Below are positions 1-8,225 of a DNA stretch of 64,000 bases, piece after piece. The stretch comes from Actinomycetota bacterium (GTDB taxonomy: Bacteria; Actinomycetota; AC-67): NCBI GenBank assembly GCA_036398095.1, contig DASWHR010000027.1, positions 8,174 to 72,173 on the forward strand. The letters are read 5' to 3'. The notes under the pieces are model-generated. The model saw only the letters and a list, made by a program, of their open reading frames with translations, was not told the DNA's origin and ran no database searches. The position numbers were made by a program, and so were the translations under genes. Within the stretch, counting starts at the first letter, position 1, and each line of letters opens with the position of its first letter.

Positions 1-895
1 CCGCCAGGCGCCGCGCGTTGGCGAAAATCAGCGTGGTGCGGTGGGCCAGCACGAGCTCGAGCAATTTGGGATGCACGGCCGGCCAGATGCTGCGCCGCGT
101 CTGCGCCTCACCCAGCATCGGCGTGCCCGGCTCCGGCGGGACCGTGGACAGGTCGCTCATGTCCTCGATCGGCACGACGACGGAGATTTCAAGTTCTTTG
201 CGGATGCCGGCGTCCACGATCGTGACCGGTCGCGGCCCGTGTTCGGTCGTCCCGCCCAGGAACGCGGCGATCTCCTCAAGCGGCCGCTGCGTCGCGGACA
301 GGCCGATTCGCTGCGGCGGCGCGCCGGTGATTTGCTCCAGCCGCTCCAGCGAGAGCGCCAGGTGCGCGCCGCGCTTGACCGGCGCGAGCGCATGGATCTC
401 ATCCACGATCACCCAACGGACGCTGCGCAGCGTTTCGCGCGCCTGGGACGTGAGCATCAGATACAGCGATTCGGGCGTGGTGATCAAGATGTCGGGTGGC
501 GCGCGCAGGATCGCGGCGCGTTCGCGTGAGGACGTGTCGCCGGTGCGCACGGCGGCTTCGGGTACGTGGATGCGCTCGCCCAGCCGCTCGGCCGCAAGCG
601 CCATCCCGCTTAGCGGCGCGCGCAGGTTCTTTTCGATGTCGACGGCGAGCGCGCGCAGCGGCGAGATGTAGAGCACTCGCATCCGGGACGTCTTGTCCGG
701 CACCGGCTCGGTGGCCATCCGGTCGAGCGCCCACAAGAATGCCGCGAGCGTCTTGCCCGATCCGGTGGGCGCGCAGATCAGCGCATGCTCCCCGCCCGCG
801 ATCGCCTCCCAGCCCAGCGACTGCGCCTTGGTCGGCGCGGCGAACGTCGATTCGAACCACGCGCGCGCGGCGGGGGAGAAGGCATCAAGGCTCAC
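1..895 (-). CDS. lhr: Lhr-like DEAD/DEAH-box ATP-dependent helicase, N-terminal part (gene continues upstream of window)
   Basis: Reverse-strand translation gives MSLDAFSPAARAWFESTFAAPTKAQSLGWEAIAGGEHALICAPTGSGKTLAAFLWALDR...VIVDEIHAL...GLSATQRPLEEIA. Walker A (GSGKT), the DEIH box and SAT motif occur in Lhr order. The GTG start is near 895. The ORF runs off the window edge, so the six-frame track lists no complete ORF for it. Confidence 0.8.
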   Translation of the reverse strand, partial: MSLDAFSPAARAWFESTFAAPTKAQSLGWEAIAGGEHALICAPTGSGKTLAAFLWALDRMATEPVPDKTSRMRVLYISPLRALAVDIEKNLRAPLSGMALAAERLGERIHVPEAAVRTGDTSSRERAAILRAPPDILITTPESLYLMLTSQARETLRSVRWVIVDEIHALAPVKRGAHLALSLERLEQITGAPPQRIGLSATQRPLEEIAAFLGGTTEHGPRPVTIVDAGIRKELEISVVVPIEDMSDLSTVPPEPGTPMLGEAQTRRSIWPAVHPKLLELVLAHRTTLIFANARRLA

Positions 896-996
896 GGCGC
901 TCAGGCTACTCCGGGCCGGCGACGTCCGGCGCGGCGAATGATGCGGAGGAAGCGGGGCCGCCGCGCCGCACGGCGGCCCCGCTTCGGGTGATGGCG

Positions 997-1635
997 CTAC
1001 TGGATGACGGTGTAGGGCTTTCGAACCGGTTCCTGGCGACCGGCGGTGCCGCAGAAGTCGCCGTAGCCGCTGGGCGGAAGCGGACCGGTCGCCGACACGT
1101 TTGCGACCGTGGTCTCGTGCGCGTGCGGCGTGCCGCCGCCGGTGCTGCCGTTGCTCGTCACGTGCACGCCCTCGCACAGGAACACCACGTAGCCGTTCCA
1201 TCCGCTCGCGGTCGGGCCGCACGACATCGAGGTCGGTAGCGGGCCGAGCGGGTTGTGGAAGAAGCCCGCGTCGTCGTGGCTGAAGAACATCCGGTCGGCG
1301 CACGGGCTCGAGTTGAACTTGTCGTCCACGCAGATGCCGTCGCCGTCGTTGTCGATGCAGACCTGGAACGCGACGTTGTGACCGTTGAGCGCGTCGAGCA
1401 CCTCGACGAAGCCGCCGAGGGTGAAGTCCAGGCAGGCGCCGCCGGTGCCGATTCCGGTTCCCGGTTCGCAAACCAGCGTGCCGTTGTCCACGGCCGGCCC
1501 GGCTCCTTGCTCCTTGGCGACGACGGTCCCGCCGCCGATGACGACGTCGGCCTGTGCGGTGCCGACGACCGTTGCGAACAGTGCGCCCAGCGACAGCACG
1601 ACGGCGATCGCGGCGCGGATGGTGGTGCGAGTCAT
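997..1635 (-). CDS. secreted hypothetical protein (signal peptide, Gly/Thr-rich, Cys-containing)
   Basis: This is the 997..1728 ORF trimmed to the internal ATG at 1635 (MTRTTIRAAIAVVLSLGALFATVVGTAQA is a signal peptide). A GGAGG RBS sits 7 nt upstream. GC3 is high. No recognisable domain. Confidence 0.55.
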   Translation of the reverse strand: MTRTTIRAAIAVVLSLGALFATVVGTAQADVVIGGGTVVAKEQGAGPAVDNGTLVCEPGTGIGTGGACLDFTLGGFVEVLDALNGHNVAFQVCIDNDGDGICVDDKFNSSPCADRMFFSHDDAGFFHNPLGPLPTSMSCGPTASGWNGYVVFLCEGVHVTSNGSTGGGTPHAHETTVANVSATGPLPPSGYGDFCGTAGRQEPVRKPYTVIQ

Positions 1636-1753
1636 GTCGGTTCCTCCCCTTGAATCCGCCGGCCTCTGCCGGTCCGATGCGATAAGGATCGCCGGGGTCG
1701 GGCCGGCCGTCCGTGCATTCCTGCACATTCGGGGCCGGTCCTTTGATGTCCTT

Positions 1754-2080
1754 CTAGGAGAGGATCTCGCGCAGGCCCTTCAAGGCCGTCGGGACCACCC
1801 GGTAGTAGGTCCAGGTACCGCGGCGCTCGCGCTCGAGCAACCCGGCCTCGGTCAGGACCCGCAGGTGGTGGGTGACGGTCGGCTGCGTCAGGCCGAGGGG
1901 AACGACAAGGTCGCAGGTGCAGGCCTCGCGACCCGGCTGGGCGGCGATGAGCGACAGCAGCCGCAGGCGGGCCGGATCGGCAATGACCTTGAAGGCGGCG
2001 GCCGCCCGTTCGGCGTCCCGTTTGGTCAGCGGGGAGTCGAGGACCGAGCAGCATTCCAGGACGGGCACAGAACTTTTCAC
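1754..2080 (-). CDS. arsR: ArsR/SmtB-family metalloregulator
   Basis: It has a winged-HTH and the canonical metal(loid)-binding ELCVCDL-type motif, here EACTCDLVVPL, plus an N-terminal CC pair. The listed ORF (to 2176) runs through the AT-rich intergenic region, so I trimmed it to the GTG at 2078-2080. The gene is divergent from a CadI/ArsI-like gene. Confidence 0.8.
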   Translation of the reverse strand: MKSSVPVLECCSVLDSPLTKRDAERAAAAFKVIADPARLRLLSLIAAQPGREACTCDLVVPLGLTQPTVTHHLRVLTEAGLLERERRGTWTYYRVVPTALKGLREILS

Positions 2081-2223
2081 CCCTGGATATTGACAGACAT
2101 CTATATGATGCGTCAAGATGCTGCCCAGAAGATATCGATGAAGGTCGATATAGATATCTGTGGATATCGATGCCAATGGATATTGATGTGGGTCGATGTG
2201 GATGGAAGTGGAGGGAGGACGTC
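2081..2223. promoter_or_regulatory. AT-rich divergent promoter/operator region between arsR and cadI-like genes
   Basis: About 45% GC in a ~70% GC background. It contains many GATAT/ATATC/GGATAT(T/C)GA repeats, including the inverted repeat TCGATAT-N12-ATATCGA around 2143-2170. A GGAGG RBS precedes the ATG at 2224. Confidence 0.6.
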
Positions 2224-2619
2224 ATGGGACGAGTGCAACTGGCCATCAACGTGCGCGACGTGGACGAGGCGATCGCGTTCTACTCGAAGCTGTTCGACAC
2301 CGAGCCGGCCAAGGTCAAGCCCGGCTACGCCAACTTCGCGATCGCGGACCCGCCGCTCAAGCTGGTCCTGATCCAAAACGAGGCTGCGCCCGGCACGCTG
2401 AATCATCTCGGAGTTGAGGTCGCCGGCCGCGACGAGGTCGCCGCCGCAACCAAGCGACTGTCCGCCAAGGGTCTCGCCACGGTCACCGAGCAAGGCGCCT
2501 GCTGCTACGCCGAGCAGGACAAGGTTTGGGTCACCGACCCGGGCGGCGCGTCCTGGGAGGTCTACACCGTCCTCAAGGACGCTGAGGTGATGTCCCCGTC
2601 GGGCACCGCCTGCTGCTGA
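2224..2619 (+). CDS. cadI: CadI/ArsI-family VOC (glyoxalase-fold) metalloprotein
   Basis: MGRVQLAINVRDVDEAIAFYSKLFDTEPAKVKPGYANFAIADPPLKLVLI...TEQGACCYAEQDKVWVTDPGGASWEVYTV is near-collinear with the mycobacterial CadI (Rv2641) sequence as I recall it and with ArsI C-As lyases. The vicinal Cys-Cys is conserved. An extra C-terminal SPSGTACC tail is present. I trimmed the listed 2170 start to the ATG at 2224, which follows a GGAGG. Confidence 0.8.
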   Translation: MGRVQLAINVRDVDEAIAFYSKLFDTEPAKVKPGYANFAIADPPLKLVLIQNEAAPGTLNHLGVEVAGRDEVAAATKRLSAKGLATVTEQGACCYAEQDKVWVTDPGGASWEVYTVLKDAEVMSPSGTACC

Positions 2620-2645
2620 ACCGGAGACCGGCATACGATGGCGGG

Positions 2646-3218
2646 ATGCCGGATCCCGCCATCGATGCCGTCCGCGCCGAAGCCGCGCGCGTGGTCGCGC
2701 TTGCTCGCTCGCTGACTCCCACCGACTGGAGCGCGCCGAGCCGCTGCGACGATTGGACCGTCGCCGATGTGATCGCCCATCTCGCGTGCGATTGTCAGCG
2801 GTTCACCGAGTGGCTGGCCGATGCCGAGCGGGGCGTGCTGGTCCCGCCGTTTCCGCCGGAGCAGTTCCGCGCCGACAACGCGATGATGCTCGAGCGCTTC
2901 ACCGGCGTGACCGGCCCGCGGCGCCTCGCCGCCTTCGAATCGGCCTTCGGCCGGTGGATCGAACGCGCCGCCGCGCTTGACCCGGCGACGCCGCAGCGGC
3001 ATCCGCGTGGAACCATCAGCGTCGGCTCGCAGCTGTTGCTTGCCGCCGGCGAGTTCGCGATCCACGGCTGGGACGTCGCCGACGCGCTCGGTCGAGATTG
3101 GGATCCGCCGGCCGCGCTGGTCGACATCGTGGCCGCCTGGACGTCGAACGTCGCGCCCGTCCGGAACGGTGACCCCTGGCATGCGCTGCTGAAGGCGAGC
3201 GGCCGCACGCCGATCTGA
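2646..3218 (+). CDS. DinB_2 / mycothiol-dependent maleylpyruvate-isomerase N-terminal-domain family protein (TIGR03083-like)
   Basis: N-terminal pattern ...DWSAPSRCDDWTVADVIAHLA... with a conserved His and about 190 aa, typical of the actinobacterial MDMPI/DinB_2 family. This is a family-level call only. Confidence 0.6.
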   Translation: MPDPAIDAVRAEAARVVALARSLTPTDWSAPSRCDDWTVADVIAHLACDCQRFTEWLADAERGVLVPPFPPEQFRADNAMMLERFTGVTGPRRLAAFESAFGRWIERAAALDPATPQRHPRGTISVGSQLLLAAGEFAIHGWDVADALGRDWDPPAALVDIVAAWTSNVAPVRNGDPWHALLKASGRTPI

Positions 3219-3227
3219 GCGGCGCGG

Positions 3228-4139
3228 TCAGCGCGTGATGGTGCTTCCGAGGAGGATTCCGTTGGCCCAGTAGGCGCCGGTTGGCCCGTCCGGAAGCAGG
3301 TCGTAGGTCGCGGATGCCTCGCGCCAAACGACATCGATGCCTTCGACGGTCGCGCCGTCCATCGGGTCCCCGGCCGCGAGCGCTCCGATGGGCCGGCCGC
3401 GGGCGTCGGGATGGGCGGATGCCGCGACCAGAACGCGGCCGTCGCTGAGCGTCAGGCGCAGCATCGGATGAGGCGATCCGACCGGACGCCGAACCGTCCG
3501 AAGGACCGGCGCGGCCACGCGGCGCCCGCGCGCGTCCATCGTCCATACAAGATCGCCGGAGCGGAGCGTGGTCACGTCGCGATCCCCCGACGGTGTCGCG
3601 ATCAGCGTGCCGGCCGCCAGGCAGATCGGACAGAACGCGTCGACGGGTCGCTGCGTCGCGACGTGAATCGAGCCGTTGCGGGCGATCGTGCCGTCGATCG
3701 CGGTCGCGTCGCCTTCGGTCCCCTCGTTAACGGTGAACCGCCAAGCGGCATCCGATGAGGTCAGCGCGATCACCCGGATTCGCTTGTGCACTTCGTAGAT
3801 GCGCATCGTCTGGTCGTCGGTGAGCGGCTCGCGATAGCCGAGCGACGCGCGGATCGCGGCGGCTTCCCTGGATCGTTCCGCGATTCGGTACCACGCGAGG
3901 CCGCGCTCGCGGCGCTCCTGCGGTCCGACGCCGACCGGATAATCGTCGGGATCGCAGAAGAAGATGTCGAAGCGCTCGTCCAGGGCGAGGCGCGCGTCCC
4001 ACTCGTCGGTGATCACGCCGCCGCTCGCCTGCGGCGAGGCCGACGGCGAAGGGGAGGCCGACGGCTCCGTGCGCTGTGGCCGATACGTGCAGGCGCCGGC
4101 AACCAGGGCCAGCAGCGCGACGAGCGCGATCCGCTTCAC
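3228..4139 (-). CDS. lipoprotein with C-terminal Hint (Hedgehog/intein-like) domain
   Basis: Lipobox VKRIALVALLALVAGAC, then a Ser/Pro-rich linker. The C-terminal block CPICLAAGTLIATPSGDRDVTTLRSGDLVW...LLPDGPTGAYWANGILLGST looks like a Hint module. The GTG start at 4139 overlaps the TGA of the upstream oxidoreductase (GTGA). Confidence 0.65.
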   Translation of the reverse strand: MKRIALVALLALVAGACTYRPQRTEPSASPSPSASPQASGGVITDEWDARLALDERFDIFFCDPDDYPVGVGPQERRERGLAWYRIAERSREAAAIRASLGYREPLTDDQTMRIYEVHKRIRVIALTSSDAAWRFTVNEGTEGDATAIDGTIARNGSIHVATQRPVDAFCPICLAAGTLIATPSGDRDVTTLRSGDLVWTMDARGRRVAAPVLRTVRRPVGSPHPMLRLTLSDGRVLVAASAHPDARGRPIGALAAGDPMDGATVEGIDVVWREASATYDLLPDGPTGAYWANGILLGSTITR

Positions 4140-5656
4140 GCTCCCAGCGCCACCCGCGCGGCGTTGCGGCCGGCTGTGCCCATCACGCCGCCGCCCGGCC
4201 GCGCTCCCGATCCGCACAGATACAGCCCCTCGATCGGTGTGCGGTAGTCGAAGCGCTCGCCGAAGGACTGCTCGGGCGTGATGGCGCCGTGAAAGATGTC
4301 ACCGCCGGTCAGCGCGAGCCGCTCTTCCAGGTCCGGCGCCGCGAGCACGTCCTCGGCCACGATCGCATCGCGAAGGTTCGGCGCGTAGGCCGCCAGCGCC
4401 GCCACCGCATTCTCGCGCGCTGCGGCGCGAACCAGGTCCCAATCCTCCGGAAGCGACGGCGCGTACTGCGTGAACGCGCTGAGCACGTGCCGGCCGGCCG
4501 GCGCCAGGGTCGGGTCGGTCGAGGACTGAAGAAAGACCTCCATGTACGGCCGCGGCGAGGGCATCGCGCCGCGAGCGTCCTCGCGCGCCTGCTGGATGTA
4601 TTCGATCGAAGGACAGATCTCGACCGTGCCGAAATGCTGCGACGCCGGCTCGGTTCCCGGCAGCATCGAAAACGACGGCAGCTCGCTCAGCGCCAGGTTC
4701 ACCTTCACCACCGCGCCCTCGTAGCGCCACGACGCGACCCGCTCGGCGAACGGCGACGGCAGCAGTCCCTCATCCAGCAAAGAACCGAACGTGACCGCCG
4801 GCGTCGCATTCGACAGCACCATCGGCGCTTCGACCAGCTTCCCGCCGGCAACCTCCACGCCTCGCACCCGCCCGCCGTCCACCACGATCCGCGCAACCGG
4901 CGACGAGACGCGGATGACCGCGCCCGCCTCACGCGCCGCCGCCGCGATCGCCTGCGTCACGCCGCCCATCCCGCCGCGCACGTACGCCCACGTCCCGTCC
5001 ATGCCGTTCAGCTCGCCGCCGATCGCGTGGAACGTCATGATCCAAGCGGTGCCGTCCTCCTCCGGCCCCAGCGCCGTCCCGATGATCCCTTGCCCGGCCA
5101 TCGGTCCTTGGATCTCGGGCGCGCCGAAGAACGAGCGCACCGTGCCGGCGCACGAGCCCGACACGCACATCCGGTACATCTCGTCTCCCAACGCGGCCCG
5201 CACGCCGTCCAGACCCGGCGGATCGGGCGACTCGACGAGCGGGCGGATCGCGGCGACCGCATCATCCCAGAATGCGCTCCAGCGCTTGTGTGCGTCCGCG
5301 TCGGCGGGACTGATCTTCGACAGCTCCGCGCGCGTGCGCTCGCCGTCGCGCCACACGAAGTAGTGGCGGCCGTCGGGCAGCGGCACGAACATCTGCGGAT
5401 CCTTCGGCGTGAACACCAGGCCGTGACGCGCCAGCTCCAGCTCGCGGTAGACGTCCGGCCGCAGCAGCGACAGCGAATACGACGCGGTCGAGATCCGGTA
5501 GCCCGGCGCGAGCTCTTCGGTGACGGCCGCGCCGCCGATCACGTCGCGCCGTTCCAACACCAGCACGCGCTTGCCGGCGCGCGCCAAGTAGGCGGCGGCG
5601 ACCAGTCCGTTGTGGCCGGCGCCGATCACGATCACGTCGTGTCGTTCGGCGATCAT
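4136..5656 (-). CDS. phytoene-desaturase (CrtI)-like FAD/NAD(P)-dependent oxidoreductase
   Basis: N-terminal Rossmann motif DVIVIGAGHNGLVAAAYLARAGKRVLVLE. About 500 aa with a C-terminal GSGARPGGGVMG motif typical of the CrtI/amine-oxidase fold. Confidence 0.75.
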   Translation of the reverse strand: MIAERHDVIVIGAGHNGLVAAAYLARAGKRVLVLERRDVIGGAAVTEELAPGYRISTASYSLSLLRPDVYRELELARHGLVFTPKDPQMFVPLPDGRHYFVWRDGERTRAELSKISPADADAHKRWSAFWDDAVAAIRPLVESPDPPGLDGVRAALGDEMYRMCVSGSCAGTVRSFFGAPEIQGPMAGQGIIGTALGPEEDGTAWIMTFHAIGGELNGMDGTWAYVRGGMGGVTQAIAAAAREAGAVIRVSSPVARIVVDGGRVRGVEVAGGKLVEAPMVLSNATPAVTFGSLLDEGLLPSPFAERVASWRYEGAVVKVNLALSELPSFSMLPGTEPASQHFGTVEICPSIEYIQQAREDARGAMPSPRPYMEVFLQSSTDPTLAPAGRHVLSAFTQYAPSLPEDWDLVRAAARENAVAALAAYAPNLRDAIVAEDVLAAPDLEERLALTGGDIFHGAITPEQSFGERFDYRTPIEGLYLCGSGARPGGGVMGTAGRNAARVALGA

Positions 5657-5696
5657 TTCATCACTGTACGCGAGCCCGCACGCCGCGACCGGGACG

Positions 5697-6725
5697 CTAC
5701 GACCATTGGATGCGCTCGAGCGCGCCGTCGCCGACGAGCGAAGCGAACGCGGCGGCGAGCGCGGGATCCAGATGATTGCCGGCGAGGCGTTCGATCTCGG
5801 CCAGCGATCGTTCGACCGGCCACCGCTTCTTGTAGGGACGCTCGTGCGTGAGCGCGTCGAAGACGTCGGTCACGGCGACGATCCGCGCGCTCAGCGGAAT
5901 GTCCTCGCCGGCGAAACCGGCCGGATAGCCGGCGCCATCCCAGCGCTCGTGGTGGAACAGTGCGATCTCTTGCGCGGCCTTCAACACGGCCGCGTGGCTG
6001 CCCCACAGGATCCGGCCGCCGATCACGGTGTGGGCGCGAACGCGTGCGAACTCGGACTCGTCCAGCGGTCCGGGCTTGAGCAGCGTCGCGTCCGGAATGC
6101 CGATCTTTCCGATGTCGTGCAGCGGCGCCGCAAGCCGGATCGTCTCGCACTCGCCGGCCGCCAGTCCGGCCGCCTCGGCGAGCAGTCCCGACGTTTCGCC
6201 GACGCGGCGCGTGTGCGCTGCCGTGTCGTCGTCGCGGTATTCGGCGGCGCGCACGAGCCGGTCCAGCACTTCGCGCCGCGCGTCCTCCAACTCGCCGGTC
6301 CGCTGACGCACCTGCTCTTCGAGCAGCGCGCCGGTGTCGGTCAGCAACCGGCGCAGCGCCACCGCCTCGAGTGCGCCGCGGACCCGTGCGATCAGCGTCG
6401 CTCGGTCGGCCGGATCCGCGATTGTGTCGCGCGCGCCTGCGGCCAGCAGCCGCGCCGAATCCGCCGCCGTCGCCGCCACGGCCAGCGTTGCGGCATCCCC
6501 CAGCAAGCGCAGCACGTCGACGGCTTCGTCGGGCGGCGCGTCCACGATTGTCAGCGCGACCGGCGTGAGCCCGGCCGGCGCGAGGCGCCCTGCGGGCTCG
6601 GTCCGGATCGCGGTGAAGCCGGCAGCGCGAAGCATGGTCGCGATCGCGTCCGAAGAGGACACCACCGCGATGGCCATCGCGGTGACGTTCCCGGGCGGCG
6701 GGACCGGGCTGCGCTGCGCGCTCAT
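5697..6725 (-). CDS. HD-GYP domain c-di-GMP phosphodiesterase with REC-like N-terminal domain
   Basis: HD motif HDIGKIGIP and GYP motif DGAGYPAG are present. I trimmed the listed ORF (to 7061) to the ATG at 6725 (MSAQRS...), because its upstream part is Arg/Pro-rich frame noise. The exact start is uncertain; an MAIAVV start is also possible. Confidence 0.7.
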   Translation of the reverse strand: MSAQRSPVPPPGNVTAMAIAVVSSSDAIATMLRAAGFTAIRTEPAGRLAPAGLTPVALTIVDAPPDEAVDVLRLLGDAATLAVAATAADSARLLAAGARDTIADPADRATLIARVRGALEAVALRRLLTDTGALLEEQVRQRTGELEDARREVLDRLVRAAEYRDDDTAAHTRRVGETSGLLAEAAGLAAGECETIRLAAPLHDIGKIGIPDATLLKPGPLDESEFARVRAHTVIGGRILWGSHAAVLKAAQEIALFHHERWDGAGYPAGFAGEDIPLSARIVAVTDVFDALTHERPYKKRWPVERSLAEIERLAGNHLDPALAAAFASLVGDGALERIQWS

Positions 6726-6876
6726 CTTGCCCGGCACTGTACGCGAAGCCGTGCGAACCGGGCATCCCTTCCCCGGTCGCGGAGAGCCGCGGAAGGATTG
6801 TGGGGATCTGCGTCCGCGACCTGGCGGAGGCCTCTTCGTTTGACCAGATGAAGGCTCACGCGACAAGGAGAGGCGC

Positions 6877-7131
6877 ATGGCACGCAGACTCGGGCTTGTG
6901 ATCGCAGGACTGCTCGTCTTCGGCGCGTCGCTCCCGGCGCATGCGGCCGGCGAGGCGGCCGCCGCGGAGATCGTTCGCGGCAGCGCGACCGCGGGATTCG
7001 AACGCCCGGCCGACGTGCCGTGGCTTCTGATCGTCGCCCTAATCGGCGCGGCGATTCTCACCCTTCAGGCCGGCTTGCGACCGCAGCCGCGCGCCGTGCG
7101 CGTGGCGATCAGGCCACCCAAGCAACGCTAA
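6877..7131 (+). CDS. small secreted/membrane protein (signal peptide + C-terminal TM)
   Basis: A strong AAGGAGAGG RBS lies 7 nt upstream. Signal peptide LVIAGLLVFGASLPAHA and a second hydrophobic segment WLLIVALIGAAILTL. 84 aa. Confidence 0.5.
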   Translation: MARRLGLVIAGLLVFGASLPAHAAGEAAAAEIVRGSATAGFERPADVPWLLIVALIGAAILTLQAGLRPQPRAVRVAIRPPKQR

Positions 7132-7208
7132 AGATCTGGCGGGGATCCATCGAGAGGCGGGAGCGTCGGCGGCTCTCGCCTCTCAGGTTCTTCCTGCGTC
7201 CGATCCGT

Positions 7209-7868
7209 TCATGAGCGGGTCATCTCGGCAGGCAGGATTCCCTCGAACCCGCGCATCATCCAGTTGACGGCGATGGCGACCATCTTGTCGCGCTCCAGCG
7301 GCTTGGAGGCCAGCCACCATCGGGCCAGCTCTTCGGCGACGGCGACGATCGCGCGGTTGTAGAGCTCGACGATCACGGGCGGTGCGTTGACCGGCTCGGC
7401 CAGCGCGTCGGCGCGGTCGGTCATGATCTTGATGATCTGCTCGCGCACGCGGATGCCCCGCTCGACGATCCCCGGGTCGGACGTGCCGGGCGGGCCGAAC
7501 ATCACCCGGAAGGCGCTCGGGTTGACGTCGGCGTAGTCCAGGAACGCGGCCAGACCGACCGTGAGCGCGTCGCGCAGCTTCATTCGCCCGGTCGAGGCGA
7601 GCACGCCGATCATGTGCGCCCGGAACCGTTCCTCTTCCCGTTCCAGCACCGCGAAGTAGATCTCTTGCTTGCCGCCGCTGAAGCAGTCGTACAGGACCGG
7701 CTTGGTCGTGCCCGCCTTGCGGCCGAGCGCCTCCATCGAGGCGTCCGCGAAGCCGCCCTGGGCGAACAGTTCCAGGGCCGCGTCCAAGACCAGGGGACGC
7801 CGCCTGGCCGGGCCGAGATACTCGGCTCGCTTGCCTTTCTGAGCCCGCGGGTCTGCCATGACCGCCAT
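7209..7868 (-). CDS. TetR-family transcriptional regulator
   Basis: N-terminal HTH LDAALELFAQGGFADASMEALGRKAGTTKPVLYDCFSGGK. About 220 aa. Divergent from the Tat-amidohydrolase gene. Trimmed to the ATG at 7868. Confidence 0.8.
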   Translation of the reverse strand: MAVMADPRAQKGKRAEYLGPARRRPLVLDAALELFAQGGFADASMEALGRKAGTTKPVLYDCFSGGKQEIYFAVLEREEERFRAHMIGVLASTGRMKLRDALTVGLAAFLDYADVNPSAFRVMFGPPGTSDPGIVERGIRVREQIIKIMTDRADALAEPVNAPPVIVELYNRAIVAVAEELARWWLASKPLERDKMVAIAVNWMMRGFEGILPAEMTRS

Positions 7869-8225
7869 TGTGGCCCCCGACCGGGGCGGCAACGCAAGGA
7901 TTCGGACGAAACTTTCTTAGCGGACAACCCTCAGGTTCTTGACGATTCGTCGCGAAACGATCACAATGCTACGGCGCGGTAGGTTTTCGCGCCCGGCCGA
8001 TCCGGCGGCGATCCCGACTGGACGGAAGGATTCCGGCGAGAGAGTCACGAACTAGACACCACGCACCGCATGCAGCAAACGTTGAAGAAACCGACCCGGG
8101 AGCCGGCCATGATTCGTTGGAAGCGTTCATGGGAGGACCTGTCCGAGGCCCTTCCGCTCGACGTAATGCCTTGCTCGAACGGCGAGTTCTATCCGCCGCC
8201 CCCGACCAAGGAACAAAGAGCCGTC

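Noticed and set aside
2100-2215. Short GATAT/ATATC repeats considered as a possible CRISPR or mini-array
   Set aside because: The units are 5-9 bp with irregular spacing and no spacer-sized (25-40 bp) unique inserts. The pattern fits transcription-factor operator repeats, not CRISPR.
5610-7061. Multiple long overlapping ORFs (5610..6851 +, 5653..6765 -) over the HD-GYP gene
   Set aside because: Only the 5697..6725 reverse frame shows HD and GYP motifs. The others are Arg-rich frame noise.
8070-8225. N-terminal 52 codons of the listed amidohydrolase ORF
   Set aside because: The codons are predominantly A/T-ending, which is atypical for this genome. The Tat signal starts after the ATG at 8226. 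Treated as 5' UTR.
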